A DNA stretch of 64,000 nucleotides from Octopus sinensis. Taxonomy: Eukaryota. The notes beneath the pieces are model-generated. The model did no database searches. It was not told the DNA's origin and saw nothing but the letters and a program-made list of their open reading frames with translations. Both the position numbers and the translations under genes were made by a program. Shown here piece by piece: positions 62,690-64,000 of the stretch. The stretch is taken from NCBI RefSeq assembly GCF_006345805.1, contig NC_043015.1, positions 14,198,001-14,262,000 on the forward strand, written 5' to 3'. The stretch's first letter is position 1; every line of letters begins with the position of its first letter.

Positions 62690-63700
62690 TGATTTAAAAC
62701 TTTATGAAATGCAAAACAACTTGAAACACACACAGGTTTAATGGAAGAGTGAAATTAGTTTAGAGTGGGAGAAGGAAAGATAAATGGAAAAAAAGAAGAG
62801 TAAGGTGGAGGGATAAAATAAGGTAAGAGGGAGCAGATGAGGGATTAACATGCTAATACTGAAATAAGAGAGGTCAGTGTGTTAAAGGGGAAAAATGTTC
62901 ACTTTTAATCATTTCTGTCATGGTTCTGAAACTGAATATGAAATATTTTTCTTTGTTTCTTTGAGTATGCATATCCATTATGTGCAGAGATGCTGCACAT
63001 TGATAAATATGTAATGAAATGGCCAATTTCGTTGAAATTGGTATTGGCCGGCTGTCCCTGCATATGTAGAAATATGCTTCAAGTATATTTGCAAAAGTGA
63101 TCAGCAAGGCAAAGTTTCTCTCTTTTGCCCAGTGTAAATACCATCACAAAGTTTGAAGATGGTGCAATGTTTTAGGTTGGAAGATTTGCAGCCTAAGTTT
63201 TGGGTGATGTGGTACTGTGACTTATGCCTAGTGATGGTTGTAGTGTTGCTAATGTTGGGAAAAGAGTTGCTATAATTTAAAAGTTCCTCATCGTGTATAA
63301 TTGGTGCTGTGGAGCTTTTAACTAGGAATTTGCTTAAGCTCCTATTTTTCTTGAAGGTGAGGAGAGGTGATGTGGGTAAGATCAGAGAGTAGGATTTTGA
63401 AGCTGCAGATGTGTTCCAATGGGTGGGAAGTGAGAGCAGGCGGAATCTGATTTGTTGGAGAGTGGTGGCATAATAAATGGCCTTGGCTCAGTGGAATGTC
63501 GAGTCTACAATTGATCAAGTGTACTATCCCTACATTAAGAAATTTCATGTTCTCACATTCTGATTTGAAATTTGAAACAATGCTACACAGCTGACATGAC
63601 CAAAGGCAGATTTAGTACGCTCAGAGTGAAAGGAAGAATGGTGGAGATTGGAGTAGGGTTCTGGAGGTTTGTAGTGGCCAGAGGTGGGCTGGTGGATATT
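62690..63700 (-). mobile_element. second Penelope-like fragment (RT C-terminus plus GIY-YIG)
   Basis: minus strand CENMKFLNVG...INCRLD and HITQNLGCKSSNL...CDGIYTG; 62690-62760 repeats 59300-59380. Confidence 0.65.
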
Positions 63701-64000
63701 GTTAATATCTATACATGTATCTTTGTATGTGTGTATATATATTTTTCAGTTGCATTGAATTACTTTTTCCTTGTATTGACTTACTTTATCTCTAGATTTT
63801 TTGATACACAATTTATATTGTATTTCCTTCACACACACGCAGCACTTTGTCTAGATTTTTGATGCAATTTGTACTTCTTTCATGCATACACACACACACA
63901 TAATATCTCCTCATAGCTAGACATGCTTTCATGGAAGGCTGAACATAAAGAACACTACTTCAATGACAGTAGCGTTTCTTTACAACCATCATGTGATGTC

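Overview
AT-rich eukaryotic genomic DNA. The SINE, LINE and MITE repertoire is what I recall from octopus (an incirrate cephalopod); the species assignment is inference. The window lies inside one large + strand gene, a Shank/ProSAP (SH3 and multiple ankyrin repeat domains) synaptic scaffold ortholog. Eight exons at 237-15454 splice in frame with GT-AG sites and encode the end of the SPN domain, the ankyrin repeats and a Ser-rich linker. Two further phase-compatible exons lie at 25250-25357 and 32215-32314. A 1.24-kb coding exon at 50551-51788, inside a CpG-retaining, repeat-poor island, looks like an intragenic alternative first exon encoding a novel 413-aa N-terminus with clustered YxxP/EPLYA motifs. 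The gene start and the SH3/PDZ/SAM exons lie outside the window. Introns hold tRNA-derived SINEs (three families), RTE LINE fragments, mariner/hAT/piggyBac/Merlin-like MITEs, Penelope-like elements (PLEs) with hammerhead ribozyme motifs, microsatellites and a 42-bp minisatellite. Best leads: the alternative first exon; a candidate 21-nt microexon with a synonymously diverged paralog that would be a terminal exon; hammerhead motifs whose intact cores are all antisense to Shank; several local fold-back/inverted duplications; and a GC-rich RTE resembling liver-fluke elements. All alignments were done by eye; no database searches were run.
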